Shown here piece by piece: positions 44,819 through 53,442 of a stretch of DNA of 64,000 nt. Below the pieces are notes generated by a model. The model saw only the letters and a program-made list of their open reading frames with translations. It made no database searches and had not been told where the DNA came from. The DNA is from Candidatus Vogelbacteria bacterium (lineage in GTDB: Bacteria; Patescibacteriota; Minisyncoccia; Phycocordibacterales; XYD1-FULL-46-19): assembly GCA_903878275.1 (NCBI GenBank), contig CAIRHC010000007.1, positions 8,727 to 72,726 on the forward strand, in the 5' to 3' direction. A program made the position numbers and the translations under genes. How positions within the stretch are numbered: the stretch's first letter is position 1; every line of letters starts with the position of its first letter.

Positions 44819-45229
44819 GTTTTCTTTAATCGAGATTTGAATATTCTTAAATTCTTGTTCGGTTTCCCCACCTTTGCCTTTCCAGTTTTGGAAACCGTCA
44901 TTTTCAAATCTTGGGACTAGGTGGATGTGAGAGTGGTCGATGAGCTGTCCTCCGGCACGGTTGTTGTTCATAATAATATTCAAACCGTCGGCATTAGTGC
45001 CGATTTTGACGGCTTCGGCTAATTTTTTAATTATTTCGCCAACAAAAGGGAAGATTTCTATCGGCGCATCAAAAATATTTACGAAATGTTTTTTAGGAAT
45101 AATGAGTGTGTGCCCGAGATTGACCGGATTGATGTCTAAGATTGATAAAAAATTTTCATCCTCGTAGACCTTGTAAGCGGGGATTTCCCCAGCGATTATT
45201 TTGCAAAAAAGACAATTATTGTTTTCCAT
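44798..45229 (-). CDS. HIT-family (histidine triad) hydrolase
   Basis: HIT motif DHSHIHLVPR; NLGHTLIIPKKHF. Confidence 0.9.
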   Translation of the reverse strand: MENNNCLFCKIIAGEIPAYKVYEDENFLSILDINPVNLGHTLIIPKKHFVNIFDAPIEIFPFVGEIIKKLAEAVKIGTNADGLNIIMNNNRAGGQLIDHSHIHLVPRFENDGFQNWKGKGGETEQEFKNIQISIKENLISHLK

Positions 45230-45231
45230 AT

Positions 45232-45486
45232 TTACCCGGTTAAATAAGATTTGATACGACGCTTGATAAACATTCGACCGTGGTATGTTTTAAAATATTT
45301 TTCTCGGTGGGTAGCATCATCTCTATTTAAACATGATTCATAGTAGACAAGCAATAGGGGACGGCGATCTTTTGTAGATTCGACTAACCCTCGACAGTGT
45401 TTATCAAATCTTAATTTTAAATCTTTGGTGTAACCAGTGTAGAAATTGTGATCTTTTTGAGATAGTAAAATATAAGTATAAAACAT
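45232..45486 (-). CDS. Stand-alone GIY-YIG nuclease domain protein (UPF0213-like), copy 1
   Basis: MFYTYILLSQKDHNFYTGYTKDLKLRFDKH: GIY (FYTYIL) and YIG (YTGYT) elements, conserved R and E. Confidence 0.85.
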   Translation of the reverse strand: MFYTYILLSQKDHNFYTGYTKDLKLRFDKHCRGLVESTKDRRPLLLVYYESCLNRDDATHREKYFKTYHGRMFIKRRIKSYLTG

Positions 45487-45533
45487 TGATATTTAGATTT
45501 AAAATTATTTAACTGGGTAAATTATAGCTTATC

Positions 45534-47327
45534 TTGGTGGTGTGCTACAATATTTTAATGTCAATAAAAAAATGGGCGTTAAAAAAGCCAATTAGTAAGA
45601 AAATTGCGGAAAATTTAAAAAATTACCCAGAATTAACGCAAAAATTACTCTTTTATCGGGGGATTAAAACAATTGAAGAAGCGGAAATTTATCTTAATCC
45701 AAATTTTGAGCGAGATGTGCTCGATCCATTTTTATTTGCCGATATGGACAAAGCGGTGGATCGTATTATCGAAGCGATTCATAAAAAAGAAAAAATAATT
45801 ATTTTTGGTGATTATGATGCAGATGGCGTGCCGGGGGCGGCGATTTTGGCATCGTTTTTTGAACGGATTGGGTATTCTGATTTTGATGTTTATATTCCCG
45901 ATCGTCACCTTGAAGCCTATGGTTTGAGCGAAAAAAGTGTCAAACAATTTATTGCGGATAAAATTGATTTGGTGATTACTGTCGATTGTGGGGTGACCAA
46001 TAACGAAGACATTGCTTTGGCGAAAGAAAATGGTTTGGATGTGATTGTGACTGATCACCATCTGACAGGCGAGACTTTGCCAGATGCTGTGGCGATTGTT
46101 GATGCGAAAAGAATCGATGACAAATATCCGTTTAAATCTTTGGCAGGTTCTGGCGTCGCTTTTAAGTTGGTCTGTGCGATTTTGACTCGAGATCGTTTTA
46201 ATGTGCCGGTCGGCTGGGAGAAGTGGCTTCTTGATTTGGTGGCGATTGCGACGGTGTCGGATATGGTGCCCTTGGTTGGCGAGAATCGCGTGCTGACTTA
46301 TTTTGGTCTGAAAGTGCTTCGACAGACGAGGCGACTTGGAATGATTGCTTTACTTCACGAATTGAAAATTAAACCAGAAAATGTAATGGAAGATGATATT
46401 GGTTTCATGATTGGACCGCGGCTAAATTCGGCGGGGCGAATGTCTCACGCCTCGCAAGCTTATTTTTTACTGCAAACAAAAGACGGTATTGAAGCGGTGA
46501 CGATCGCTAAGCATTTGGAAGAAAAAAATAAAGAGCGGAAAGATTCAGTGGATGTCATTTTGCGAGGAGCGGAAGAAAAATTGTTGGGTAAAAATTTGCC
46601 ACCGGTTATTGTGGTCGGGAGTGTCGATTGGAGCTTGGGAGTTTTAGGTTTGACCAGTAGTCGTTTGGTGGAAAAATATAATCGCCCAGTTTTTTTGTGG
46701 GGTAAAAATGGTAACGGCGAAATAAAAGGTTCTTGTCGGTCTGATGGTACGGTTAATTTGGTTGAATTGATGAAAGAAGCCGGCGGGGAAGATTATTTTA
46801 TAAATTTTGGTGGGCACATCATGGCGGGTGGTTTTTCGATTACCGAAGATAAAGTTGGTGAGTTGGCAGAGAGAATAAATAAGGCGTATGAAAAAATAGA
46901 GAAAAAAGACGTAGCCGTGTCTATCGAGGTTGATGAGCAATTAAGTTTGGACGAGGTGACCTGGGATAATTATTATCAAGTGGAAAAACTAGGACCATTT
47001 GGAATAGAAAATACGAAACCGGTTTTTTTGCTGGCGGGGGTTGATATTTTTTCAGCCAAAACTTTTGGTAATGGCGGAATTCATTTGGAATTGGCTTTTA
47101 AGAACAGTAAAGGCAAAGTCATTCCGGCAATTGGTTTTTTTGTTTGCCCGCCAAGTTTGGTTGGCGAAAATTTTGATGGTCAAAATGGGCATCATTTTCC
47201 CGAAGTTAATCTGACCGCTGGTCAGAAAGTAGATATTTTAGTGAATTTGGAAAAATCAACATTTAAGAATTTCCCCGAACTCCGGATGAGGATTGTCGAC
47301 ATTAAAAAAGTTCACCCAGTTAAATAA
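45534..47327 (+). CDS. recJ: Single-stranded-DNA-specific exonuclease RecJ
   Basis: DHH motifs (IFGDYDADG, VDCG, TDHH) and a DHHA1 domain with GGH. Confidence 0.9.
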   Translation: MVVCYNILMSIKKWALKKPISKKIAENLKNYPELTQKLLFYRGIKTIEEAEIYLNPNFERDVLDPFLFADMDKAVDRIIEAIHKKEKIIIFGDYDADGVPGAAILASFFERIGYSDFDVYIPDRHLEAYGLSEKSVKQFIADKIDLVITVDCGVTNNEDIALAKENGLDVIVTDHHLTGETLPDAVAIVDAKRIDDKYPFKSLAGSGVAFKLVCAILTRDRFNVPVGWEKWLLDLVAIATVSDMVPLVGENRVLTYFGLKVLRQTRRLGMIALLHELKIKPENVMEDDIGFMIGPRLNSAGRMSHASQAYFLLQTKDGIEAVTIAKHLEEKNKERKDSVDVILRGAEEKLLGKNLPPVIVVGSVDWSLGVLGLTSSRLVEKYNRPVFLWGKNGNGEIKGSCRSDGTVNLVELMKEAGGEDYFINFGGHIMAGGFSITEDKVGELAERINKAYEKIEKKDVAVSIEVDEQLSLDEVTWDNYYQVEKLGPFGIENTKPVFLLAGVDIFSAKTFGNGGIHLELAFKNSKGKVIPAIGFFVCPPSLVGENFDGQNGHHFPEVNLTAGQKVDILVNLEKSTFKNFPELRMRIVDIKKVHPVK

Positions 47328-47340
47328 TTTTAAATCTAAA

Positions 47341-47600
47341 TGACAATGTTCTATACCTACGTTCTATTATCAAAGAAAGATAACCAATTCTATACTGGTT
47401 ACACCAAAGATTTAAAATTAAGATTTGATAAGCACAATAAAGGTTTAGTAGAATCCACAAAAAAATCTTCGTCCACTATTGCTTGTGTACTATGAGTCGT
47501 GCTTAAATAGAGATGATGCTACTCATCGTGAGAAGTATTTAAAGACATATCACGGTCGAATGTTTATCAAACGTCGTATCAAATCTTATTTAACCGGGTA
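47341..47600 (+). pseudogene. GIY-YIG nuclease gene, copy 2, frameshifted; inverted duplicate of 45232-45486
   Basis: Translates MTMFYTYVLLSKKDNQFYTGYTKDLKLRFDKHNKGLVESTKKSSSTIACVL*; the +1 frame continues YESCLNRDDATHREKYLKTYHGRMFIKRRIKSYLTG*; versus copy 1 there is one extra A in an A9 run (aaaaaaaaa versus aaaagat). Confidence 0.6.
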
Positions 47601-47601
47601 A

Positions 47602-48048
47602 ATGGAAAAAATTTATTTAAATACTGATGGCGGGTCACGAGGTAATCCCGGTCCGGCGGGAGCGGGAGCTTTTATTTATAATGAAAAAGGGGAGATGGTG
47701 CGTAAGGCGCACTTGTTTCTCGGGGTGATGACCAACAACGAAGCGGAGTATCAGGCGGTGATTCTTGGTTTGGAGACTTTGAAAAAAGTTTTTGGCAAAG
47801 AAAAAATAAAAGATTTGGACGTGACCATCAGGTTGGATAGCGAACTGGTTTGTCGGCAACTAAAAAACGAATATCAAATTAAAGAAGAAAAACTAATTCC
47901 ACTTTTTATTAAAGTCCACAATTTGCAAGTGTCAGAATTTAAACATTTAAATTTTGAGGCGATTCCGCGTGAGAAAAATTTTGAAGCGGATAAACTGGCG
48001 AACGAAGCGATGGATTTGGGTAGTAGTCAGCCGGCCGGTCTCTTTTAA
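47602..48048 (+). CDS. rnhA: Ribonuclease HI
   Basis: TDGGSRGNPGPAGAGA catalytic Asp region, NNEAEYQAVILGLE, and the C-terminal D..AN motif. Confidence 0.85.
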   Translation: MEKIYLNTDGGSRGNPGPAGAGAFIYNEKGEMVRKAHLFLGVMTNNEAEYQAVILGLETLKKVFGKEKIKDLDVTIRLDSELVCRQLKNEYQIKEEKLIPLFIKVHNLQVSEFKHLNFEAIPREKNFEADKLANEAMDLGSSQPAGLF

Positions 48049-48052
48049 AAAA

Positions 48053-49585
48053 ATGTTGGAGAAAATAAGAAAAACCGCTACGTTTTTAATTGGCGGTTTT
48101 TTCTTGGGTGTCTTTCTGCAATCTTTAATTGACTTTGGCTGGTCATTTTTTTATTTGGCGATTTTGTTGGCGTTGGCTTTTTTATTTTTATTTTTAATTT
48201 TTAAAAAATCTGGTTATTTAATTTTGGCTATTATTTTTTGTGGGTTAGCTCTTGGTGGTGGGCGATTGGAAATGACCAATCCGCAGATCGAGAAAATTCC
48301 GGTTGGTCAAACTTTTATTTTAAAAGCGAAAATAATTGAAGAACCGGATGAGCGGGAAGCTAAAACGCGATTGATTGTCTCGGAAAATAAAACTGGGACA
48401 AAAATTTTAATTAGCACCGAACGTTTTCCGAAATATAATCTTGGCGATGAAATAAAAGTGACCGGCAAATTAGCTAAGCCGGCGAATTTTTTAACGACCA
48501 TTGGTAAAGAATTTGATTATCAAAATTATTTGGCGACAAGTGAAATTTATTATCAAATGTTTAGTCCGCAAATTGAGCTTTTAAAAACGGGAGGAGTATC
48601 TTTAACTGGTCTATTGATTGGCATAAAAAATAATTTCTTAACCGCTTTGGCAAAAGTTTTGCCGGAACCACAAAATTCTTTGATGGGCGGTTTGGTTTTG
48701 GGTTTGAAATCGGGCTTGGGTACGGAAATAGAAAATAATTTTCGTCGTACCGGCTTGTCACATATGATTGTGTTGTCTGGTTACAATATTACTATCATTT
48801 CGGCGGGAATAATGAGCGCGTTGTTTTTCTTGCCGAGAATTATTTCTTTTGGTGGGGGAATTATCGGGATTATTTTATTTATTTTAATGGTCGGCAGTGG
48901 TGCCTCGGCGGTGCGAGCGGCGACGATGGCGATATTGGCGCTTTTAGCTCGTGGTTATGGTCGGCTGTACGATGCGGGACTCGCTTTAATCATCGCCGGT
49001 TTTTTTATGGTCGTTTGGAATCCGCGGTTGCTGGTTTTTGATTTTGGTTTTCAGTTGTCGTTTTTGGCGACGCTCGGTATTATTTTTTTAGCTCCAGTGA
49101 TTGAAGATTTTTTATGTTTTCTCCCCCAAGTTTGGACACGTTTGGGTTCACCAAATATTAATATCGTTAATTTGAAACCGAAAAATAAAATGGAAAAAGG
49201 TTTCCGCGAACTAGTCGCGACTACACTTGGCGCGCAAATTATGGTGTTTCCGTGGATTTTGTACAAAATGGGAAACTTGTCGATTGTCGGTTTATTGGCG
49301 AATATCATTGTTTTGCCGATTGTGCCGATCGCAATGTTTTTTGGATTTATTACTGGTGCCCTTGGTATTATTTCAACAACAGTTTCAATGCCTTTTGCTT
49401 ACATTTCCCATTTTTTACTTAGTTATATTTTGTTTGCGGCAGAAAAATTTGCCCAAATTCCGTTCGCCTCTTTGGAGCTTAAAAATTTTCCGTTAGTATT
49501 GGTTCTCTTAGTCTATATTTTAATTTTGGTCTTTTTGCTAAAATACCAAGCAAATGTGGCCAAGAATCAGATGGATAATAATTAG
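48053..49585 (+). CDS. comEC: ComEC/Rec2 DNA-internalisation channel, membrane (competence) domain
   Basis: Polytopic, with the ComEC competence-domain signature (GLSHMIVLSGYNITII); start moved to the ATG at 48053, after the rnhA stop. Confidence 0.8.
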   Translation: MLEKIRKTATFLIGGFFLGVFLQSLIDFGWSFFYLAILLALAFLFLFLIFKKSGYLILAIIFCGLALGGGRLEMTNPQIEKIPVGQTFILKAKIIEEPDEREAKTRLIVSENKTGTKILISTERFPKYNLGDEIKVTGKLAKPANFLTTIGKEFDYQNYLATSEIYYQMFSPQIELLKTGGVSLTGLLIGIKNNFLTALAKVLPEPQNSLMGGLVLGLKSGLGTEIENNFRRTGLSHMIVLSGYNITIISAGIMSALFFLPRIISFGGGIIGIILFILMVGSGASAVRAATMAILALLARGYGRLYDAGLALIIAGFFMVVWNPRLLVFDFGFQLSFLATLGIIFLAPVIEDFLCFLPQVWTRLGSPNINIVNLKPKNKMEKGFRELVATTLGAQIMVFPWILYKMGNLSIVGLLANIIVLPIVPIAMFFGFITGALGIISTTVSMPFAYISHFLLSYILFAAEKFAQIPFASLELKNFPLVLVLLVYILILVFLLKYQANVAKNQMDNN

Positions 49586-50399
49586 CGTTTTCGTTTTGGT
49601 GACCGTTTTGGTCTGGGTGACTGTTTGGCTGGAAATGCCGAGTAAATTTTTGACGGTGGCTTTTCTCGATGTCGGGCAAGGTGATGCGATTTTAATTACG
49701 ACGCCAAATAAAAATCAGGTGTTGATTGATGGCGGACCAGATAAAAAAATTTTACGAGCTCTTGGATCGGCAATGCCATTTTTTGATCATTCGCTTGATC
49801 TGGTGATGGAGTCTCATCCTGATGCGGATCACATTAATGGCTTGCCAGATGTTTTTCAGCGATTTTCGGTCGGGGCATTTATGGAGCCGCCAATTTCGGG
49901 TAAGACGAATATTTATCAAGCTTTAAAAACCGAGGTGAAAAATGAACCAGCTCCAGATATTATTGCTCAAAAAGGGACGAGAATTGTTTTAGATAACAAT
50001 GTTTATCTTGACGTTCTGTGGACTAATGCCGGCGGTAAAAAAGCGGATACCAACGAAGCCTCAATCGTCGCCAAACTAACTTATGGTCAAAATTCTTTTT
50101 TGTTTACGGGTGATTCGCCAGAAAGCGTCGAAAGCTACATGGCTTATCCGGCTGGCGATAAATTAAAAGCTGATGTGTTGAAGGTAAGTCACCACGGCTC
50201 GAAAAATTCTAATCCGGAAATTTTTCTAAAAAAAGTAAAACCAGAATTTGCCGTGATTTCGGTCGGGGCGAAAAATAAATACGGTCATCCAAATCAAGAG
50301 GTGGTTGATCGGCTGAACAGTATTAAAGCCCAAATTTTGATGACGAAAGATCTGGGAACGATTACTTTAAAATCGGATGGGGAAAGTGTAGGGTTTTAA
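49554..50399 (+). CDS. ComEC C-terminal metallo-beta-lactamase-fold domain encoded as a separate, overlapping ORF
   Basis: N-terminal TM helix, then MBL motifs DVGQGDAILI and HPDADHINGL (HxHxDH); overlaps the channel ORF by 32 nt in another frame. Confidence 0.8.
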   Translation: MWPRIRWIIISVFVLVTVLVWVTVWLEMPSKFLTVAFLDVGQGDAILITTPNKNQVLIDGGPDKKILRALGSAMPFFDHSLDLVMESHPDADHINGLPDVFQRFSVGAFMEPPISGKTNIYQALKTEVKNEPAPDIIAQKGTRIVLDNNVYLDVLWTNAGGKKADTNEASIVAKLTYGQNSFLFTGDSPESVESYMAYPAGDKLKADVLKVSHHGSKNSNPEIFLKKVKPEFAVISVGAKNKYGHPNQEVVDRLNSIKAQILMTKDLGTITLKSDGESVGF

Positions 50400-50552
50400 C
50401 CCTTACAAAATAAAGCTTATTTTCGTCGAAACTTAGTTTCGATTTTTTTAATTTTCAAATATTGACTAATCTAGATAATGCTTGTATAGTCAAAAATAGA
50501 TAATGATCTGGGTAAATGGTTACCTGGTTAACTTAAAGAAGGAGTTTTGTTA

Positions 50553-50729
50553 TGAAGAAGTTTTTAGTTGGGGCGTTGTTGGCGATCTTTGTGTTTGGAT
50601 TGTCTGGGTGCCTGTCTCTTTCTTTTGGGACAAAGACTGTGTACGTTTGTCATCCAGAACCAGCTCCGACAACCTGTATCGTCGAGATGAAGATTCCGAT
50701 TGAACCGAAACCTCAATCGCAATAAAAAT
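50553..50729 (+). CDS. Small lipoprotein (58 aa); not in ORF track (below 60 aa)
   Basis: RBS AAGGAG; MKKFLVGALLAIFVFGLSGCLS, a signal peptide with LSGC lipobox; the ORF-track entry 50503-50703 is in a different frame. Confidence 0.55.
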
Positions 50730-50737
50730 GATTGAGG

Positions 50738-50778
50738 AGAAAAAATGCCCGGCGGAACGAAGTTCCGCCGGGCATTCT
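50738..50778. terminator. Bidirectional terminator ATGCCCGGCGGAAC-GAA-GTTCCGCCGGGCAT
   Basis: 14-bp stem between the lipoprotein gene and convergent rpmB. Confidence 0.8.
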
Positions 50779-50784
50779 ATTTAA

Positions 50785-51048
50785 TTATTTAACCGTAACC
50801 ACTTTTTCTTGCGGGCGAACAGCTTTAGCTGTTTTAGCCTTGGTCACCTTAGATTTAACCAAAAGATTTTTTCCACCTTTTAAGCATCTGGTGCAAACCA
50901 TAATTCGGCTACCATCGGCGGTTTTACCCCACTGTAAATTTGGCTTCTTGCGAAGTTTTGGAATTGGATTATATTTGGTGGCGCGGACGCGGTTTGAGTA
51001 ACCACCGACCACACTGGAACCTTTATCGCAGATTGGGCAAGTTTTCAT
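50785..51048 (-). CDS. rpmB: Ribosomal protein L28
   Basis: CPIC..G......R..AT.......PNLQ pattern typical of bL28, with a lysine-rich C-terminal extension. Confidence 0.7.
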   Translation of the reverse strand: MKTCPICDKGSSVVGGYSNRVRATKYNPIPKLRKKPNLQWGKTADGSRIMVCTRCLKGGKNLLVKSKVTKAKTAKAVRPQEKVVTVK

Positions 51049-51113
51049 ATAAGTGTTCTTATGTTATCATAAAAATCAGTTTTAGCAAGTTTTTGCTTAA
51101 AATCAAATATAAA

Positions 51114-51728
51114 ATGGATACTACTATTATTTTTTCTATAGCGGTCTTGGTAATGTCGGTCGTTGTTCACGAAGTGGCTCACGGCTCAATTGCTTACGCG
51201 TTAGGCGATCCGACTGCCAAAATGGCCGGACGTTTGACTTTGAACCCGATTAAACACATTGACCCATTCGGCTCGATTATTGTGCCACTTATTCTCGCGA
51301 TGATTCCGGGGGGGATGATTTTTGGTTGGGCAAAGCCGGTCCCTTACAATCCTTACAATTTAAAAGCCGGCAAGTATGGTCCGGCTTATGTCGCTCTGGC
51401 TGGACCAGTGTCAAATTTTTTTCTCGCTCTGATCTTCGGCTTGTTTGTTCGGTTTGGAGCGCTGGCAGTATCTTTAAATACTCAAACTATCTCTCTTCTA
51501 TCGATGATTGTAATGATCAATATAATGCTGGGGCTATTTAACCTTATTCCGGTACCGCCCCTCGATGGTTCGACCGTGCTTTTTTCGGTTTTACCGTATC
51601 GTTTTCAGAAATGGTATGACGAAATGGCGCGCTACCAACTTGTCTTTATTGTCGTCATTATTTTTAGTGCCGGCTTTTTTATTGATAAATTGTCCTTAAT
51701 TTTCTTTCATCTCCTGACTGGACTCTAA
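51114..51728 (+). CDS. Site-2 protease family (M50-like) membrane metalloprotease
   Basis: HEVAHG (HExxH) in the first TM helix; GDPTAKMAGRLTLNPIKHIDPFGS typical of this family; start at MDTTIIF (51114); the ORF-track N-terminal extension was rejected. Confidence 0.8.
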   Translation: MDTTIIFSIAVLVMSVVVHEVAHGSIAYALGDPTAKMAGRLTLNPIKHIDPFGSIIVPLILAMIPGGMIFGWAKPVPYNPYNLKAGKYGPAYVALAGPVSNFFLALIFGLFVRFGALAVSLNTQTISLLSMIVMINIMLGLFNLIPVPPLDGSTVLFSVLPYRFQKWYDEMARYQLVFIVVIIFSAGFFIDKLSLIFFHLLTGL

Positions 51729-51776
51729 ACGATATTTATTGTCAAAATCCTCGGGAAAGAGGTATAATGCAAAAGT

Positions 51777-52004
51777 ATGAAAAATATCGCTCAATTTAGA
51801 ATTACTCAAGAAGACGGTTATTATACTGCCAGCGGAATGGATTTGCCGATTGTAACCCAGGGTAAAAGTTGGGATAAATTGGTGAACAATATTCGCGAGG
51901 CAGTTGAGCTGACCTTGGAAGGTGAAGACCTTGCCGATTTTGGTTTTGCCAGTAAACCCTCACTCCTAATGAGTTTCGAGTTGTCTACGGCTTGCCATGC
52001 CTAA
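51777..52004 (+). CDS. hicB: HicB-family antitoxin
   Basis: ITQEDGYYTASGMDLPIVTQGKSWDKLVNNIREAVELTLEGED matches the small HicB/UPF0150 pattern (EDG.Y.A.VPELPG..TQG.T.EEA..N..EAIEL.LE). Confidence 0.75.
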   Translation: MKNIAQFRITQEDGYYTASGMDLPIVTQGKSWDKLVNNIREAVELTLEGEDLADFGFASKPSLLMSFELSTACHA

Positions 52005-52242
52005 CAAGTTGAAGGTTTTATCTAGACCGGATATAGTTAAAATTCTGACTGTTTTTGGTTTCAATTTTTACTCACAGAGAGGTAGTCATATAAAATTAAG
52101 AAGAACAAAAAATGGTCACAATCAGGTTTTGACTGTTCCTGCCCACAAAGAATTAGTCAAAAGCACGACTAAGGCCGTTTATGAACAAGCCTTGAAATAT
52201 ATTCCAGCAGAAGACTTGAAAGAGTATTTTTATAACAAATAA
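51997..52242 (+). CDS. hicA: HicA-family mRNA interferase toxin
   Basis: LTVFGFNFYSQRGSHIKLRRTKNGHNQVLTVPAHKELVKSTTKAVYEQA matches HicA (..GSH..L........VP.H.EL..GTL..IL.QA). Confidence 0.75.
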   Translation: MPNKLKVLSRPDIVKILTVFGFNFYSQRGSHIKLRRTKNGHNQVLTVPAHKELVKSTTKAVYEQALKYIPAEDLKEYFYNK

Positions 52243-52383
52243 ACCATTATTTTTAATCTATGGTGGGGTGTTGCACTCACTTGTCGAACTAACGGGTTGC
52301 ATTTTCTCTCGGTTTATATTAAAGTACTAATTGCTAGCTTCAAACGCTTTTTCTGTTTGGGTTGGTGATATTTTTTTCTAAAA

Positions 52384-52821
52384 ATGCCTACAATTAATCA
52401 ATTAGTCAAAAGACCAAGAAAGTTGATCCGAAAAAAGTCTCGTTCGGTAGCTTTAGCGCGTGGTTTTAACTCTTTATTAAACAAGCCGATTCTTTACCCA
52501 TCTCCTTTTAAGAGAGGCGTTTGTCTGCAAGTCAAAACTACTACTCCAAAGAAACCAAACTCCGCTTTGCGTAAAATTGCTCGTGTTCGCTTGACTAATG
52601 GAATGGAAGTAACCGCCTATATTCCCGGTGAAGGTCACAATTTACAAGAACACTCGGTCGTGATGCTTCGTGGTGGTCGCGTGAAAGACTTGCCCGGTGT
52701 GCGTTATCACATTGTCCGTGGTGTGCTCGATGCGTCTGGTGTAGAGAAGCGCCGACAAGGTAGAAGCTTGTATGGTAACAAACGACCGAAGGCTGGAGCG
52801 GTAACGGCTAAGAAAAAATAA
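52384..52821 (+). CDS. rpsL: Ribosomal protein S12
   Basis: [13 protein letters not shown]...[10 protein letters not shown]...[15 protein letters not shown]. Confidence 0.95.
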   Translation: MPTINQLVKRPRKLIRKKSRSVALARGFNSLLNKPILYPSPFKRGVCLQVKTTTPKKPNSALRKIARVRLTNGMEVTAYIPGEGHNLQEHSVVMLRGGRVKDLPGVRYHIVRGVLDASGVEKRRQGRSLYGNKRPKAGAVTAKKK

Positions 52822-52827
52822 AATACT

Positions 52828-53307
52828 ATGCGACGACCAATCAAAAGAACAAACAGACTAAAGCCTGATTTTGAATACAAATCTCTAAAAGTTGAGAAGC
52901 TTATCAACTATATTATGGAACGAGGCAAGAAAAATGCTGCTCGGAAGATTGTTTATGGTGCTTTTGATATTATCAAGAAAGATACCAAAGAAGACTCGCT
53001 TGAAATTTTTGAAACTGCCATTCGTAATATCTCGCCGGTAATGGAAATTCGTTCTCGCCGTATTGGTGGTGCCAACTATCAAGTGCCTCACGAAGTTCGC
53101 CCAGAACGAAAATTAGCTTTGGCTTACCGTTGGATTATTGAAGCCGCCAAATCAAAGAAAGGCAAGCCAATGGCACAAAAATTGGCGACCGAACTTATCT
53201 TGTCTAGCAAAAACGAAGGTGACGCGTTCAAAAAGCGTGAGAATGTCCACAAGATGGCGGAAGCCAACCGAGCTTTTGCGCACTTTGCTTTTGCTAAGAG
53301 TAAATAG
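52828..53307 (+). CDS. rpsG: Ribosomal protein S7
   Basis: Conserved uS7 C-terminal block KRENVHKMAEANRAFAHFAF. Confidence 0.95.
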   Translation: MRRPIKRTNRLKPDFEYKSLKVEKLINYIMERGKKNAARKIVYGAFDIIKKDTKEDSLEIFETAIRNISPVMEIRSRRIGGANYQVPHEVRPERKLALAYRWIIEAAKSKKGKPMAQKLATELILSSKNEGDAFKKRENVHKMAEANRAFAHFAFAKSK

Positions 53308-53442
53308 GAAGCACAAAGCTTAAAGCCCAAAAACACAAAGCTTAAGCTTTAAGTTAAAAACTTGCCGAATCTAGTTTTGAGCTAGTAGTTTAAGTTTTAA
53401 GTTAAAATAAAATTAATAGAATTAAATTTAAATATTTTTAAA

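Noticed and set aside
47954-48052. N-terminal 33 codons of ORF-track entry 47954-49585
   Set aside because: They overlap the 3' end of rnhA in another frame. An ATG at 48053 directly after the rnhA stop gives a sensible ComEC N-terminus.
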